Positions 36,195 to 46,437 of a DNA stretch of 64,000 nt are shown piece by piece. The DNA comes from an uncultured bacterium. GTDB taxonomy: Bacteria > Zixibacteria > MSB-5A5 > UBA10806. The stretch covers positions 352,001 to 416,000 of the forward strand of contig CBEUCH010000001.1 of assembly GCA_965541585.1 (NCBI GenBank). The letters are read 5' to 3'. Position 1 is the first letter of the stretch. The number at the start of each line of letters is the position of its first letter. The notes under the pieces are model-generated. The model was given only the letters and a program-made list of their open reading frames with translations. It searched no databases and had not been told where the DNA came from. Position numbers and translations under genes: made by a program.

Positions 36195-38396
36195 CTAATT
36201 CTGGAATAAGGCTTCTAATTCGCTATCGGTAAGAAATTCTTTCCCGCTATCGGCGATCTGCACAACCTGGCCGCCGATTTTCAACCGCACTTCATCGCCC
36301 AATGCCAGATATCGTCCGAGTGAAGGGTCTTTCTCCAGCAATTGAAAATATGCGTTGGAGAACCGTTTAATTTCGATATCGTAATTATCGTTTTCGAGGT
36401 CTCCCTGTATCCAGTTGCTGCCGGACTGGAAGAAAGCCTGAGCGCCCACCTGTACGATATTGTTGAATTTCTTAATTTCCCCGCCGATATTGACTTCACC
36501 TTCAGGTATAGATAGCACCAAATCTCTCTGGGATTGGAGATTTTGAGATTGACTCACTGCCGATCTGCCGACCTGCTCATCCGCCATGAAATCCATTGAT
36601 TCCCGGAGCTTCTTCGACACTTCCGGAACAGGCATATTCCAGAACCTATCGTGCCTTCTGTGTTCATCTCCGGTTACGAGGAAGGAAGTGTATTCGGTGA
36701 TAATGCCGTATTTTTTGGATAACTCCACAACCTCGGTCAGAAGCTCATCGGATCTGCCATGCAAGCGCATCTGCTGAAGGAGATAGCCGATGCGGCGGTT
36801 AGCCCAGAGCAATGCTATATATTCATCTTTTATGGAACCGCCGGAGAATGTGATCGGGAATTCGTATGTCACATCGTTATTTCCGGCTTTTCCAGTTATT
36901 ACAGCATGCGATCTGCCGTTACCCTGAAAGCGTCCGGTTATGACGATCTCAGAGCCGTAAAAGAGATCCGGCAAAGGATCCGGGTATAAATGATGGGTTG
37001 TCATGGGATTGAATACGAGAGCCAGATCAGTAAGTGCAGGATAGCTTATCTTGCTTGCCAACCGCGATACCTTGATCTCTATATCCTCGCCGGGGAGGAC
37101 ATATTCGGCGGCCCCCTTATTATCCTCGGACAGACGATCGAGGAGGTGAGCGTTGACATCATACCCGACGCCGAATATGAACATCCGGGCGCGTCCCTCG
37201 TTCAAAGCTGTCGTATTCCGTATGATGCTTTCAATATTAGTGTTGCCGGATGTCGGCAGGCCGTCGGTTATAAAGATGATATAGGTGGGATCGCCGTCCG
37301 ATGCTATCATGCGGCAGCCGGTATCGAGGGCATTATAGATGTCGGTGCCGCCGGAGGCATCCAGCCCTTCGGCAAATGCCATGGCTGCTTCGATATTATT
37401 CTCGCTGGCTTTTATGAGTTCCGGCCTGAAAGGCCTGACCGCATCGTCATAATCGATGACGGCGAACTCGTCGCCGGCGTTGAGACCGAGAAGACAGAAT
37501 CTCAAAGCATCGATAGCCTGATGCATCTTATCGCCGCGCATACTGCCTGAGGAATCGAGGATGAAGATGACATTTTTATCAATATTTTTCAGGCGGCTTT
37601 CGAGCGGAGGGGAGAGAATTCCCAGAAAATGCCCGTCATCGGAACCGGGTTGTCTATAGGATAATAGATGGAATCCGAAATCCCTGTTCTGCCGGGTAAA
37701 ATGAAGGATGAAATCCTTATTCGGTCTGGTGTTTTTTTCATAAAATGACGCTATCAGCGATTTATCGTTAAGCCGTTCAGTCGTGATAGTATGTGTCGGG
37801 CAGTAGACGGAACCGATATTCTCGAAGGATTTGATCTTAAGATCGATTTTACATTCTTCGAGATTTGCGCCGGAGAATTTCTCCGTATTCAGAGGATACA
37901 AATATTCCACATTACCGTTTTCCGATTTCAAAGTCTGCTCGTATTCGATCTTGATCCGCACTTCGCCCCGGGCCGGGATGGGAAAAATCCTCATCCGGTA
38001 CATGCCTTTGCCGGCATATTCCAGGAGGGCCGGGTCTTTGAGCCGGCGGACGATATCCCGGTATATCTTCCTGGCCTGATCGGCATCGAGAAGTTCAGCC
38101 TCCATCTTGTGTCCCCCGAGCCAGGCCGTAAAGCGGCTGACGGATGCACCCTCGGGTAAGGGGAATATATAGTCGGCTTCCATATCGCGATGGTACGGGT
38201 TGACGAATACCTGATCCACTTTTGTCAAAGCGATGGGGTCATTTATCTCCACTTCGACATGGTGGTATTTAACATCCACTGCCGGTCTGGGGGGCATCCA
38301 GGGCATCGGGCGTGGGATTATAAAGCCGTCGGCAACAGCAGAGCCCGCCATCGCCAGGACAAACATCATGAGTAAGAACAGCTGTCTCATTTTCAT
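36195..38396 (-). CDS. Secreted VIT + von Willebrand A domain protein (inter-alpha-trypsin inhibitor-like)
   Basis: Signal peptide ending AVA, VIT domain (YIFPLP..DPALLEY), and MIDAS motif DSSGSM with GGTDI and ITDG. Confidence 0.9.
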   Translation of the reverse strand: MKMRQLFLLMMFVLAMAGSAVADGFIIPRPMPWMPPRPAVDVKYHHVEVEINDPIALTKVDQVFVNPYHRDMEADYIFPLPEGASVSRFTAWLGGHKMEAELLDADQARKIYRDIVRRLKDPALLEYAGKGMYRMRIFPIPARGEVRIKIEYEQTLKSENGNVEYLYPLNTEKFSGANLEECKIDLKIKSFENIGSVYCPTHTITTERLNDKSLIASFYEKNTRPNKDFILHFTRQNRDFGFHLLSYRQPGSDDGHFLGILSPPLESRLKNIDKNVIFILDSSGSMRGDKMHQAIDALRFCLLGLNAGDEFAVIDYDDAVRPFRPELIKASENNIEAAMAFAEGLDASGGTDIYNALDTGCRMIASDGDPTYIIFITDGLPTSGNTNIESIIRNTTALNEGRARMFIFGVGYDVNAHLLDRLSEDNKGAAEYVLPGEDIEIKVSRLASKISYPALTDLALVFNPMTTHHLYPDPLPDLFYGSEIVITGRFQGNGRSHAVITGKAGNNDVTYEFPITFSGGSIKDEYIALLWANRRIGYLLQQMRLHGRSDELLTEVVELSKKYGIITEYTSFLVTGDEHRRHDRFWNMPVPEVSKKLRESMDFMADEQVGRSAVSQSQNLQSQRDLVLSIPEGEVNIGGEIKKFNNIVQVGAQAFFQSGSNWIQGDLENDNYDIEIKRFSNAYFQLLEKDPSLGRYLALGDEVRLKIGGQVVQIADSGKEFLTDSELEALFQN

Positions 38397-38554
38397 CCTC
38401 CATTATGTTGTGGTTAAGCTGGCAAGCTCGCCGTTGTCTTTCTGTTCTGTTATACGTCCGCGTTAGGAATATATTCCATTTTTTATGATAGTTGTTCGAT
38501 AACCCGGGTTCAGGTACTGAATTCGCAGAGAAATTTGCTGGATATCAAATCATC

Positions 38555-38583
38555 TTGACTCTCCTGGCAACCTTATCTATTAT
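38555..38583 (+). promoter_or_regulatory. Sigma70-type promoter for the mocA-xdhC-yqeB-mog cluster
   Basis: TTGACT-N17-TATTAT. Confidence 0.55.
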
Positions 38584-38674
38584 GATTTTTGGTGGAGAAA
38601 TCTGAAAATCTTACGTCCCCTGTTAACAGTCGAGAGACCTCGGTGCCGCAGTTTAAGGGAAGGTCGGTTTTAGC

Positions 38675-39259
38675 GTGAAGATTGTCGGTGCGATCCTGGC
38701 GGCGGGAACGTCATCTCGAATGGGGCGCAACAAGTTGCTGTTGCCGTATAGAGAACATACGGTAATCGAGGAGGTTATGGTTCAATTATTGAAATCCGAC
38801 CTGGATGAAATCATTATAGTAACTGGATTTCAAAGAGAACAACTCGAGCAATTGATTCAGTTAAATCATAAAGATTATATCAAGATCGTTTACAATGAAA
38901 ACTTCAGACTCGGCCGGGCGGAATCGATCAAATGCGCAGTTAGAAATGTCGGCGATCGGGCAGATGCCATATTATTCATGGTGGGAGATAAGCCTACGGT
39001 GGGTGCAGAGTTGATTAGCAGAGCAATAGCTGAATTTAAGCGAAAATCACCTGATATATTATATGTGAAAACGCCGGCAGGGCGTGGTCACCCGATTATA
39101 TTTTCGAAAAGACTTTTCGATGAGTTGTTGATGCTGGACGGCGATATGGTGGGCGATAAGATAATAACCAATCATATGAACAATGTTGTGGAGTTAGAGG
39201 ATAGTGAGGTACAGGCTGATATCGATACGATAGAAGATTACAGGGTCTTGACGGAGTGA
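38675..39259 (+). CDS. mocA: Molybdenum cofactor cytidylyltransferase (MocA/YgfJ-like)
   Basis: LAAGTSSRMGRNKLLL, GDKP, GHPIIF and DIDT motifs. Adjacent to xdhC. Confidence 0.82.
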   Translation: MKIVGAILAAGTSSRMGRNKLLLPYREHTVIEEVMVQLLKSDLDEIIIVTGFQREQLEQLIQLNHKDYIKIVYNENFRLGRAESIKCAVRNVGDRADAILFMVGDKPTVGAELISRAIAEFKRKSPDILYVKTPAGRGHPIIFSKRLFDELLMLDGDMVGDKIITNHMNNVVELEDSEVQADIDTIEDYRVLTE

Positions 39260-39286
39260 TGTATAAGTTAGATCCCGGGGTATCCA

Positions 39287-40069
39287 GTGGACATTTATAA
39301 GGAATTAGCAAAGCGCCGGGACGCCGGCCAACCTTTCGTCCTGGCCACCATTGTGAGGACGGCCGGATCATCGCCGCGGCAAGTAGGGGCCAGGATGCTG
39401 GTTTTCCCCGACGGTTCAATTTCAGGGACCATAGGCGGCGGCAATTTTGAAAAGCTGGTAATCGATGATTGCCTGAGTTTATTCGAGGGCAAGGGAAATC
39501 ATCTTATGAAAAAATATAGCTTCTCCCGGACCGGACCCGAGGCCACGGGTATGTGCTGCGGGGGAGAAGCGGAGGTTTTCATGGAGTTGCATGGCAAGCC
39601 GCCGAGATTGATCATATTCGGCGGCGGACATATCGGAAGGGAATTGGCGAAAATCACTGCCGGTCTGGAATTCAAGATAACTATAGTCGATGACAGGCAG
39701 CATATACTGGATCAATACAGCGCCCCGATCGAGACAGTCAAAACCGATATGGACTATGAGTATAATCTGCCCTCGCTAGATAATAGTTGTTACGTTGTCA
39801 TAGTCACCCGCAGCCATCCGATCGACAAATTGATCCTGGAGAGAGTGGTCAAACATGATTGTACTTATGTTGGGATGATTGGCTCAAAGACAAAAATCAA
39901 GAAAATGTTTTCCACTCTGAAAGAAGAGGGGACAGAAGGATCGCTTCTTGATAAAGTGCACGCGCCCATCGGACTCGATATAGGAGCCGAGGGCCCTTAC
40001 GAGATAGCGGTCTCTATTGCTGCTGAGTTAATAGCTGTAAAAAGAAAAAAATTAAGACCGAAGAGTTGA
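39287..40069 (+). CDS. xdhC: XdhC/CoxI family molybdenum hydroxylase accessory protein
   Basis: GSSPRQVGARM, GTIGGG, CCGG, YVGMIGS and HAPIGLDIGAEGPYEIAVSI motifs. Confidence 0.9.
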   Translation: MDIYKELAKRRDAGQPFVLATIVRTAGSSPRQVGARMLVFPDGSISGTIGGGNFEKLVIDDCLSLFEGKGNHLMKKYSFSRTGPEATGMCCGGEAEVFMELHGKPPRLIIFGGGHIGRELAKITAGLEFKITIVDDRQHILDQYSAPIETVKTDMDYEYNLPSLDNSCYVVIVTRSHPIDKLILERVVKHDCTYVGMIGSKTKIKKMFSTLKEEGTEGSLLDKVHAPIGLDIGAEGPYEIAVSIAAELIAVKRKKLRPKS

Positions 40070-40887
40070 GCGATCAATTGATAGAGAATAGAGTTGTCGT
40101 CAGAGGCGCGGGGGAGATGGCCTCGGGCGTTATAAGACGGTTATCCCTGGCGGGATTTGAGGTGATCGCCCTCGAACAGGAGCAACCGGATTGTATCCGT
40201 CGAACCGTATGCTTTGCGGAGGCCGTGTATGAGAAGAAAATCTCTATTGAAGGTGTAACCGCCAGGCTCACACGGACAAACGATAATCCCTCAACAATAA
40301 AAGCTGATGGTATTGTCGCAATACTAGTTGATGCGGAGGCAAGCCTTCTTCCGGTTCTCGATCCGTCGATTGTTATCGATGGACGGATGCTGAAGCAAGA
40401 TATAAACTCCACGCTTGAAATGGCTCCCATCGTGATTGGCCTCGGTCCGGGGTTTGTTGCGGGTATTAATTGCCATGCCGCAATCGAGACGAATCGCGGT
40501 TTCGATCTGGGACGAGCCATTTATAATGGTACTCCTCAAACCTACACCGGCGTGCCGGCTCCAGTGGAAGGCATAAGCCAGGATCGATTGTTATGTTCCC
40601 CGGCTGATGGTAAGCTTAAAGCGTATTTGAAAATTGGAGACGAGGTTGAACCAGGGGAGAAAGTAGCTGAGGTATCCGGCCTACCGGTCGAAAGCCGCAT
40701 CGGGGGAGTCCTCAGAGGCCTGGCGCGGGATAATCTTATGGTGAAGCAGAGTCAGAAAATCGGCGATATCGATCCCCGCGGAATCAGGGAATATTGTTTC
40801 AGAATCTCCGATAAGGCCAACGCCGTTGCCGGTGGAGTTCTGGAGGCTATATATGTTTTGAGGCGTCGAATGAATCCGGGCATATGA
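40066..40887 (+). CDS. yqeB: YqeB-family selenium-dependent molybdenum hydroxylase system protein
   Basis: VRGAGEMASG, IRRTVCFAEAV, IGLGPGF, ETNRG and KIGDIDPR..ISDKANAVAGGVLEA motifs. Confidence 0.85.
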   Translation: MSDQLIENRVVVRGAGEMASGVIRRLSLAGFEVIALEQEQPDCIRRTVCFAEAVYEKKISIEGVTARLTRTNDNPSTIKADGIVAILVDAEASLLPVLDPSIVIDGRMLKQDINSTLEMAPIVIGLGPGFVAGINCHAAIETNRGFDLGRAIYNGTPQTYTGVPAPVEGISQDRLLCSPADGKLKAYLKIGDEVEPGEKVAEVSGLPVESRIGGVLRGLARDNLMVKQSQKIGDIDPRGIREYCFRISDKANAVAGGVLEAIYVLRRRMNPGI

Positions 40888-40903
40888 TCTCGGGGTTACT
40901 ACA

Positions 40904-41419
40904 ATGAGCCAGGTCAATCAGGAATCATCACAGAAAAAGTTCAAGGCGGCCATACTGATCGCCAGCGATAGAGCATATTCAGGAGAGCGCCCGGACAAAA
41001 CCGGACCGGCCCTGGGAAAAAGGCTGGAGGAACTGGGATATCCGGTTACCTTTCTCGAGGTTGTTCCCGACGACCGCCTGAAGATAGAATCGATGCTGAG
41101 AGAGTGGGTAACGGAAGAAAGAATCCACCTGATACTTGTGTCCGGAGGAACAGGTCTTTCTCCCGCCGACGTTACTCCGGAGGCAACCCTGGGCATCATC
41201 GAAAGGCGCGTGCCGGGAATGGAAGAAGCTATGAGACAGGCATCGGCGAAGATAACGCCTTTTGGAATGCTCTCCAGAGGCGTGGTCGGTGCGGTAAAAG
41301 AAAGCCTGATCATCAATCTGCCGGGCAGCCCGAAGGCAGCTCTGGAAAACCTGGGAATAGTAGAACCGGCTCTGAAACATGCACTTGAACTGATCAGTGG
41401 CGGCCACCCCGATCCGTGA
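40904..41419 (+). CDS. mog: Molybdopterin adenylyltransferase (MogA/MoaB family)
   Basis: SDR..DKTG, VVPDD, GGTGLSPADVTPEAT, MLSRG and NLPGSP motifs. Confidence 0.92.
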   Translation: MSQVNQESSQKKFKAAILIASDRAYSGERPDKTGPALGKRLEELGYPVTFLEVVPDDRLKIESMLREWVTEERIHLILVSGGTGLSPADVTPEATLGIIERRVPGMEEAMRQASAKITPFGMLSRGVVGAVKESLIINLPGSPKAALENLGIVEPALKHALELISGGHPDP

Positions 41420-41578
41420 TATTGTACACATCTCAATGATTATTCGAGATAAATAATCATCGTTGCGGCAGCCTACTATTAAGCATCATTATTATCATCC
41501 GGCAAATTCCCTTGCCCGCATAGGCGTTAATGTTTAATATCAGATTGCCAATATTGTGATGATCGGGAGGAGGTTGTA

Positions 41579-43711
41579 ATGGATAGAAGTCTCGATGGGA
41601 TTTTCAGGCCGAAATCGATAGCCGTGATAGGCGCCTCGACGAGAAAGGGAACTATCGGCAGGGAAATCCTTCATAATCTCATAGAAAGTGAATTCAACGG
41701 CAAGGTTTTCCCTGTAAATCCCAAAGCCAGCGTGATTCATTCCATCAAATGCTATTCGACCATACTCGATGTCCCGGACGCTGTGGACCTCGCAATAGTA
41801 GTTGTGCCGCGCGACAGTGTTAAGATGATACTTGAGCAGTGCGGCGAAAAGGGGGTCAAGGGCGTCGTGGTGATTACATCGGGATTTAAGGAGACAGGTG
41901 AAGAGGGGGCTGAAAAGGAACTCGAGCTTATGGAGATCATCCGTAAATACAATATGCGGATGGTTGGCCCGAATTGTTTCGGAGTGCTCAACACCGATCC
42001 GAATTACTCCATGAATGCTACGTTTTCAAAGACAAAACCTCCCGTGGGTAATGTCGGTTTTATGTCCCAGTCCGGCGCGCTGGGTGAGGCGATACTCGAT
42101 TATGCCGATAGACTGCGGCTTGGCATCTCCATGTTTGCATCTGTGGGAAACAAGGCGGATATCTCCGGCAATGATATTTTAGCATACTGGCAGGACGATC
42201 CTATCACCGAGCTAATCCTTTTGTATCTCGAGAATTTCGGTGACCCTCGCCGGTTTACAAGAATAGCTCGCGGTATCACTCGCAAAAAACCGATCGTGGC
42301 GGTAAAGGCAGGGCGCACTGCTGCCGGGGCCAGGGCCGTAAGTTCGCACACGGGAGCGCTGGCAGGGCTCGATGTCGGTGCCGATGCCCTGTTTGATCAG
42401 TGTGGAGTCCAGAGGGTAACATCGGTGGATGAGCTTTTCGATGTTGCCATTGCCTTTACCAATCAACCATTGCCGGAGGGCGACAGAATAGCCGTGATCA
42501 CCAACGCCGGCGGCCCGGGGATACTGGCCACCGATGCCGTGGTTAGCCTGGGCATGAAAATGGCCGATTTTGAACCGAAGACACTTAAGCAGCTAAAAGC
42601 GAATCTACCTCCGATTGCCGCCATTAATAACCCCATTGACGTCATAGCCGCGGGCGGGTCGGATTCTTATCGGGTGGCCATGGATGCCGTCTTATCGGAT
42701 AAGAACGTCGACGGCGTAATAGTCATTTTTGTGCCTCCAATCGTGGTTGACCACGGGGCGGTGATAAAAGCCATTGTGGAGATGATAGCCAAACACCGTA
42801 ACAACAAAACCGTTTTAGGCTGTTTTATGGGCACTCCCGACGGAATCGCAGGTATAGAGGAGATGGCGAAGCACAAGATACCGATCTATACCTTTCCAGA
42901 ATCCGCAGCCAAAGCTATGTGGGCCATGACCCGCTATCGCAAATGGATCGAGAGACCTGAGGGAAAAATAGTTGATTTCAAGGTCAAAAAGGATCGGGTT
43001 CGGAGGATAGTAGATGCTGCGGCTAAAGCGAAGCGTGAGATTATAATCGGCGAAGAAGCCCTGGAGATTCTCGATGCCTATGGTGTCGGGGTCGCCAGAT
43101 CGATGAAGGCGAAATCCCAGCAGGATATGAAAAAAGCCGCATCGAAACTGGGATTTCCACTGGTAATGAAAATCGACGATCCGAAGATTATCCATAAGAC
43201 CGATGTCGGGGGCGTTGTAACAGATCTTCGCAATCAGGCCGAGTTGGACGATGCTTTCAGAAAAATGAAAAAGAGATTCAGTCGTCAGGGGAAGACGTTT
43301 ATCGGAGTAATCCTGCAGGAAATGGTGACAAGCGGAGTGGAAACCATCGTGGGTATGCACGACGATCCGTCCTTTGGTCCCCTGCTGATGTTCGGTCTCG
43401 GCGGGATATATGTAGAGGTTATGAAAGACGTGGCATTCAAGATACATCCGTTAACAGATTATGATGCCGAGGAGATGATAAAATCGGTCAAGGGATATCC
43501 CTTGCTGACCGGTTTCCGCGGTTCTCCGGCTGTGGATATAAAGATCCTCGAGAAGACTCTCCTGAGGCTCTCGCAATTGGTTTCAGATTTCCCTATATTT
43601 GAATCATTCGATGTCAATCCTTTTATCGCCAGCAAGAAAACCGGGAAATCGAAAGCAGTGGATGCCCGGTTCGTTCTGAAGATTGATCGGGATGAGGATC
43701 CATCCAGGTAG
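41579..43711 (+). CDS. ADP-forming acyl-CoA synthetase (acetate-CoA ligase family), fused alpha-beta
   Basis: CoA-binding domain (IAVIGAS, GPNC), phospho-His SHTG, TNAGGPG, and an ATP-grasp domain with HKTDVGGV. No GNAT domain. Confidence 0.9.
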   Translation: MDRSLDGIFRPKSIAVIGASTRKGTIGREILHNLIESEFNGKVFPVNPKASVIHSIKCYSTILDVPDAVDLAIVVVPRDSVKMILEQCGEKGVKGVVVITSGFKETGEEGAEKELELMEIIRKYNMRMVGPNCFGVLNTDPNYSMNATFSKTKPPVGNVGFMSQSGALGEAILDYADRLRLGISMFASVGNKADISGNDILAYWQDDPITELILLYLENFGDPRRFTRIARGITRKKPIVAVKAGRTAAGARAVSSHTGALAGLDVGADALFDQCGVQRVTSVDELFDVAIAFTNQPLPEGDRIAVITNAGGPGILATDAVVSLGMKMADFEPKTLKQLKANLPPIAAINNPIDVIAAGGSDSYRVAMDAVLSDKNVDGVIVIFVPPIVVDHGAVIKAIVEMIAKHRNNKTVLGCFMGTPDGIAGIEEMAKHKIPIYTFPESAAKAMWAMTRYRKWIERPEGKIVDFKVKKDRVRRIVDAAAKAKREIIIGEEALEILDAYGVGVARSMKAKSQQDMKKAASKLGFPLVMKIDDPKIIHKTDVGGVVTDLRNQAELDDAFRKMKKRFSRQGKTFIGVILQEMVTSGVETIVGMHDDPSFGPLLMFGLGGIYVEVMKDVAFKIHPLTDYDAEEMIKSVKGYPLLTGFRGSPAVDIKILEKTLLRLSQLVSDFPIFESFDVNPFIASKKTGKSKAVDARFVLKIDRDEDPSR

Positions 43712-43948
43712 ACTTATCTTCAGCACGAATTCTCTTGGATACATATGATCTCCGCGCAAAAGTAGCGGATAAGCCCCATTTCCACTTGCAGGCCTGCACG
43801 ATCAATGTTATTATGGTCAGGGCGCAGATCTGACGTTTTAGCTGGCGGGGGCGGAGCGATAATCGGATCGAATTGAGTCAAAATCGATTAAACTTGTTTA
43901 AATTTAATAGATGAGGTTTTAAGAACATATAGCAAAGAAGAGGGAGAT

Positions 43949-44908
43949 ATGGATACTTTTCAGCCTAAAAAACCGGAAGATTACGGATTTAAAGAGATTA
44001 TCTACCAAAAGAAAGACTGGGTGGCTCGTATCACGATAAACAGGCCGAAGTTTTACAACGCCTACAATACGCCGTGCCTTCAAGAATTGACGACGGCTTT
44101 CACCGATGCTTCCTGGGATGATGCAGTCGGAGTGGTGATCTTCACCGGCGCAGGCGAAAAGGCCTTTTGCACCGGCGGCGATGTCAAGGAATATGCCGCT
44201 TATTACACCCAGAAACCGCGTGATTATTTTAAGTATATGGGGCTTTTTGCGGGCTACATCGAGGCGATTCTTAAGTGCGGCAAGCCGGTTATCTGCCGTC
44301 TGAACGGTATGGCCGTGGGCGGCGGCAACGAGTCGCACATGGCATGCGATCTCTCCATAATGGCTGATGATACGTACATAGGCCAGATTGGGACCAACGT
44401 CGGTTCAGTGGCCTGCGGGGGGGCCACGCAATGGCTGCCTATTTTTGTCGGCGACCGGCGTGCCAGGGAGATTCTCTTCCTGAACGAAAGAATCAAACCG
44501 GAAAAAGCGCTGGACTGGGGATTGGTCACTCAAGTCGTACCTCGCGATCAACTGGATGACGCCTGCGCGGAGATGGCCGACAAAATGCTCAACAAGTTCC
44601 CGGAATGTATGCGTTACACCAAGACACAGATTAATTATTGGAAGGAGCAGGTCTGGTATGCCACTATCGGCCATGCCCGAGACTGGCTGACCCTGCATTT
44701 TTCCTCCTGGGAGCCTAACGAGGGCATGCAGGCATTCGTAGAAAAACGCAAGGCCGATTATATGGGTCTGCGTAAGATTGCTGCCGAAGGGGGCTCATCG
44801 GAATTCAAATACGGGCCATATAAGCATGTATGCAAAGCCTGCGGCGCAACCCAGCTTCCGGGATTGCACAAATTCTGCGGCATGTGCGGCGCAAAATTAG
44901 AGGTATAG
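43949..44908 (+). CDS. Ring-opening crotonase-family hydrolase (6-oxocyclohex-1-ene-1-carbonyl-CoA hydrolase Oah/BzdY-like) with C-terminal zinc ribbon
   Basis: NRPKFYNAY, AFCTGGD and GMAVGGGNE..ACDL motifs, CKACG..FCGMCG tail. Lies in the benzoyl-CoA cluster. Confidence 0.72.
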   Translation: MDTFQPKKPEDYGFKEIIYQKKDWVARITINRPKFYNAYNTPCLQELTTAFTDASWDDAVGVVIFTGAGEKAFCTGGDVKEYAAYYTQKPRDYFKYMGLFAGYIEAILKCGKPVICRLNGMAVGGGNESHMACDLSIMADDTYIGQIGTNVGSVACGGATQWLPIFVGDRRAREILFLNERIKPEKALDWGLVTQVVPRDQLDDACAEMADKMLNKFPECMRYTKTQINYWKEQVWYATIGHARDWLTLHFSSWEPNEGMQAFVEKRKADYMGLRKIAAEGGSSEFKYGPYKHVCKACGATQLPGLHKFCGMCGAKLEV

Positions 44909-45664
44909 ATGTCTAAAAAAGACTCCGGCTGGTGGGATGATTTCTTCCCGGCGTTCACGCCGATTTTCGGCACTGTATCTCAAAAAGTGACTAATGCTCA
45001 CGCCCGCTACGTCATTAAGAAACTGGATCTCAAACCCGGGAAAAAATTCCTCGATTGCGCCTGTGGTATCGGCAGAATCGCATTGCCCATGGCGAAAAAG
45101 GGTATCAGGGTCACGGGCGTTGATTTTATGCAATCCTATCTTGACGAGCTTGCAAAAAAGGCCAAACGGAGCGGTTTGAAAATCGACCTGCAGAATTGTG
45201 ATATGAGGCGGATAAATTTCGATTCTGCGTTCGATGCGTGCGGCAATCTCTGGACATCGTTCGGTTTTTTTGAAAAGGAATCGGACAATCTTCTCGTGCT
45301 GAAGAAGATGTATCGTGCGCTCAAGCCGGGGGGGAAGTTCATGCTGCATGTTATCAATCGCGATTGGATCATGGCCAAATATGAATCCACCGATTGGTTT
45401 GAGGTTAAGGGTGTGAAGGTTATGCAAAAGCGCAGTTTCGATTATGCCAGATCGATCAATTGCGGCACCTGGTTTTTCCTTAAGGATGGCAAAGAAGAGT
45501 CTTTTGATGTCAACATTCGGATGTATTCTTTCCATGAATTGATCGGCATGTTTAAATCTGTCGGGTTCGTCGATATAGAAGGGTATGGGTCGGTGAAGGA
45601 TGAACCTATCAGCCGGGATACGATGATGATGTTTATAATCGGCACCAGGCCCAGAAGGAGTTGA
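44909..45664 (+). CDS. Class I SAM-dependent methyltransferase
   Basis: LDCACGIGR motif I, VTGVD, CDMR, TSFGFF and LKPGGKF. Confidence 0.9.
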   Translation: MSKKDSGWWDDFFPAFTPIFGTVSQKVTNAHARYVIKKLDLKPGKKFLDCACGIGRIALPMAKKGIRVTGVDFMQSYLDELAKKAKRSGLKIDLQNCDMRRINFDSAFDACGNLWTSFGFFEKESDNLLVLKKMYRALKPGGKFMLHVINRDWIMAKYESTDWFEVKGVKVMQKRSFDYARSINCGTWFFLKDGKEESFDVNIRMYSFHELIGMFKSVGFVDIEGYGSVKDEPISRDTMMMFIIGTRPRRS

Positions 45665-45665
45665 A

Positions 45666-46412
45666 ATGTTTGATTTGAAGAATAAAGTTGCCATAGTAAC
45701 CGGATCGTCGCTGGGTATCGGCTCGGCGGCGGCGCTATACCTGGCGAAATGCGGCGCCGACGTGGCCGTGAATTACCGTAAGCACGACGCCGAGGCCAAT
45801 GCACTGGCCGACGAGATTAAGAAGCTCGGCCGAAAATCGATGGCTATTCAATGCGATGTATCGTCATTTGAAGACGCGGCGAAAATGGTCGAGGATGTTA
45901 TTGCGGAATTTGGCAAATTGGATTTTCTGATTAATAACGCCGGCATAAACCGCGACGGTGTCATCTGGAAAATGACCGAGGAGATGTGGGATTCGGTGCT
46001 GGATACCGACCTCAAAGGGTATTTCAATTTCATCCGGGCGGCATCGCCGAAATTCCGCGAGCAGAAATCGGGCAGGATAATCAACGTCACATCGATTAAC
46101 GGGCTAAGGGGCAAATTCGGTCAAGCTAACTATTCGGCTGCCAAGGCCGGTATTATAGGGCTAACGAAGGCGGTGGCAAGAGAATTGGGTAAGTATTCTG
46201 TCAACGTGAATGCCGTTGCCCCGGGTATGATACTCACCGATATGATGTCGGACCTTCCCGAAGAGGTTAAGCAGAAGGCTGTTGATGAGACGGTGCTCGG
46301 CCGGCTCGGCGAGCCGCAGGAGGTGGCGTCGGTGATAGCGTTTCTTTGCAGCGAGGAATCTCGTCATATAACAGGCGAGGTGATCAAGATAGACGGCGGG
46401 CAATATATGTAG
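45666..46412 (+). CDS. Short-chain dehydrogenase/reductase (FabG-like; possibly the BzdZ-type 3-hydroxyacyl-CoA dehydrogenase)
   Basis: TGSSLGIG, NNAGI, YSAAK and VNAVAPG motifs. Confidence 0.9.
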   Translation: MFDLKNKVAIVTGSSLGIGSAAALYLAKCGADVAVNYRKHDAEANALADEIKKLGRKSMAIQCDVSSFEDAAKMVEDVIAEFGKLDFLINNAGINRDGVIWKMTEEMWDSVLDTDLKGYFNFIRAASPKFREQKSGRIINVTSINGLRGKFGQANYSAAKAGIIGLTKAVARELGKYSVNVNAVAPGMILTDMMSDLPEEVKQKAVDETVLGRLGEPQEVASVIAFLCSEESRHITGEVIKIDGGQYM

Positions 46413-46437
46413 GGTAGTATTTTAACGGGGGATAAAT

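Noticed and set aside
41579..43711. Protein lysine acetyltransferase (Pat/PatZ)
   Set aside because: No GNAT domain is present and the catalytic His (SHTG) is retained.
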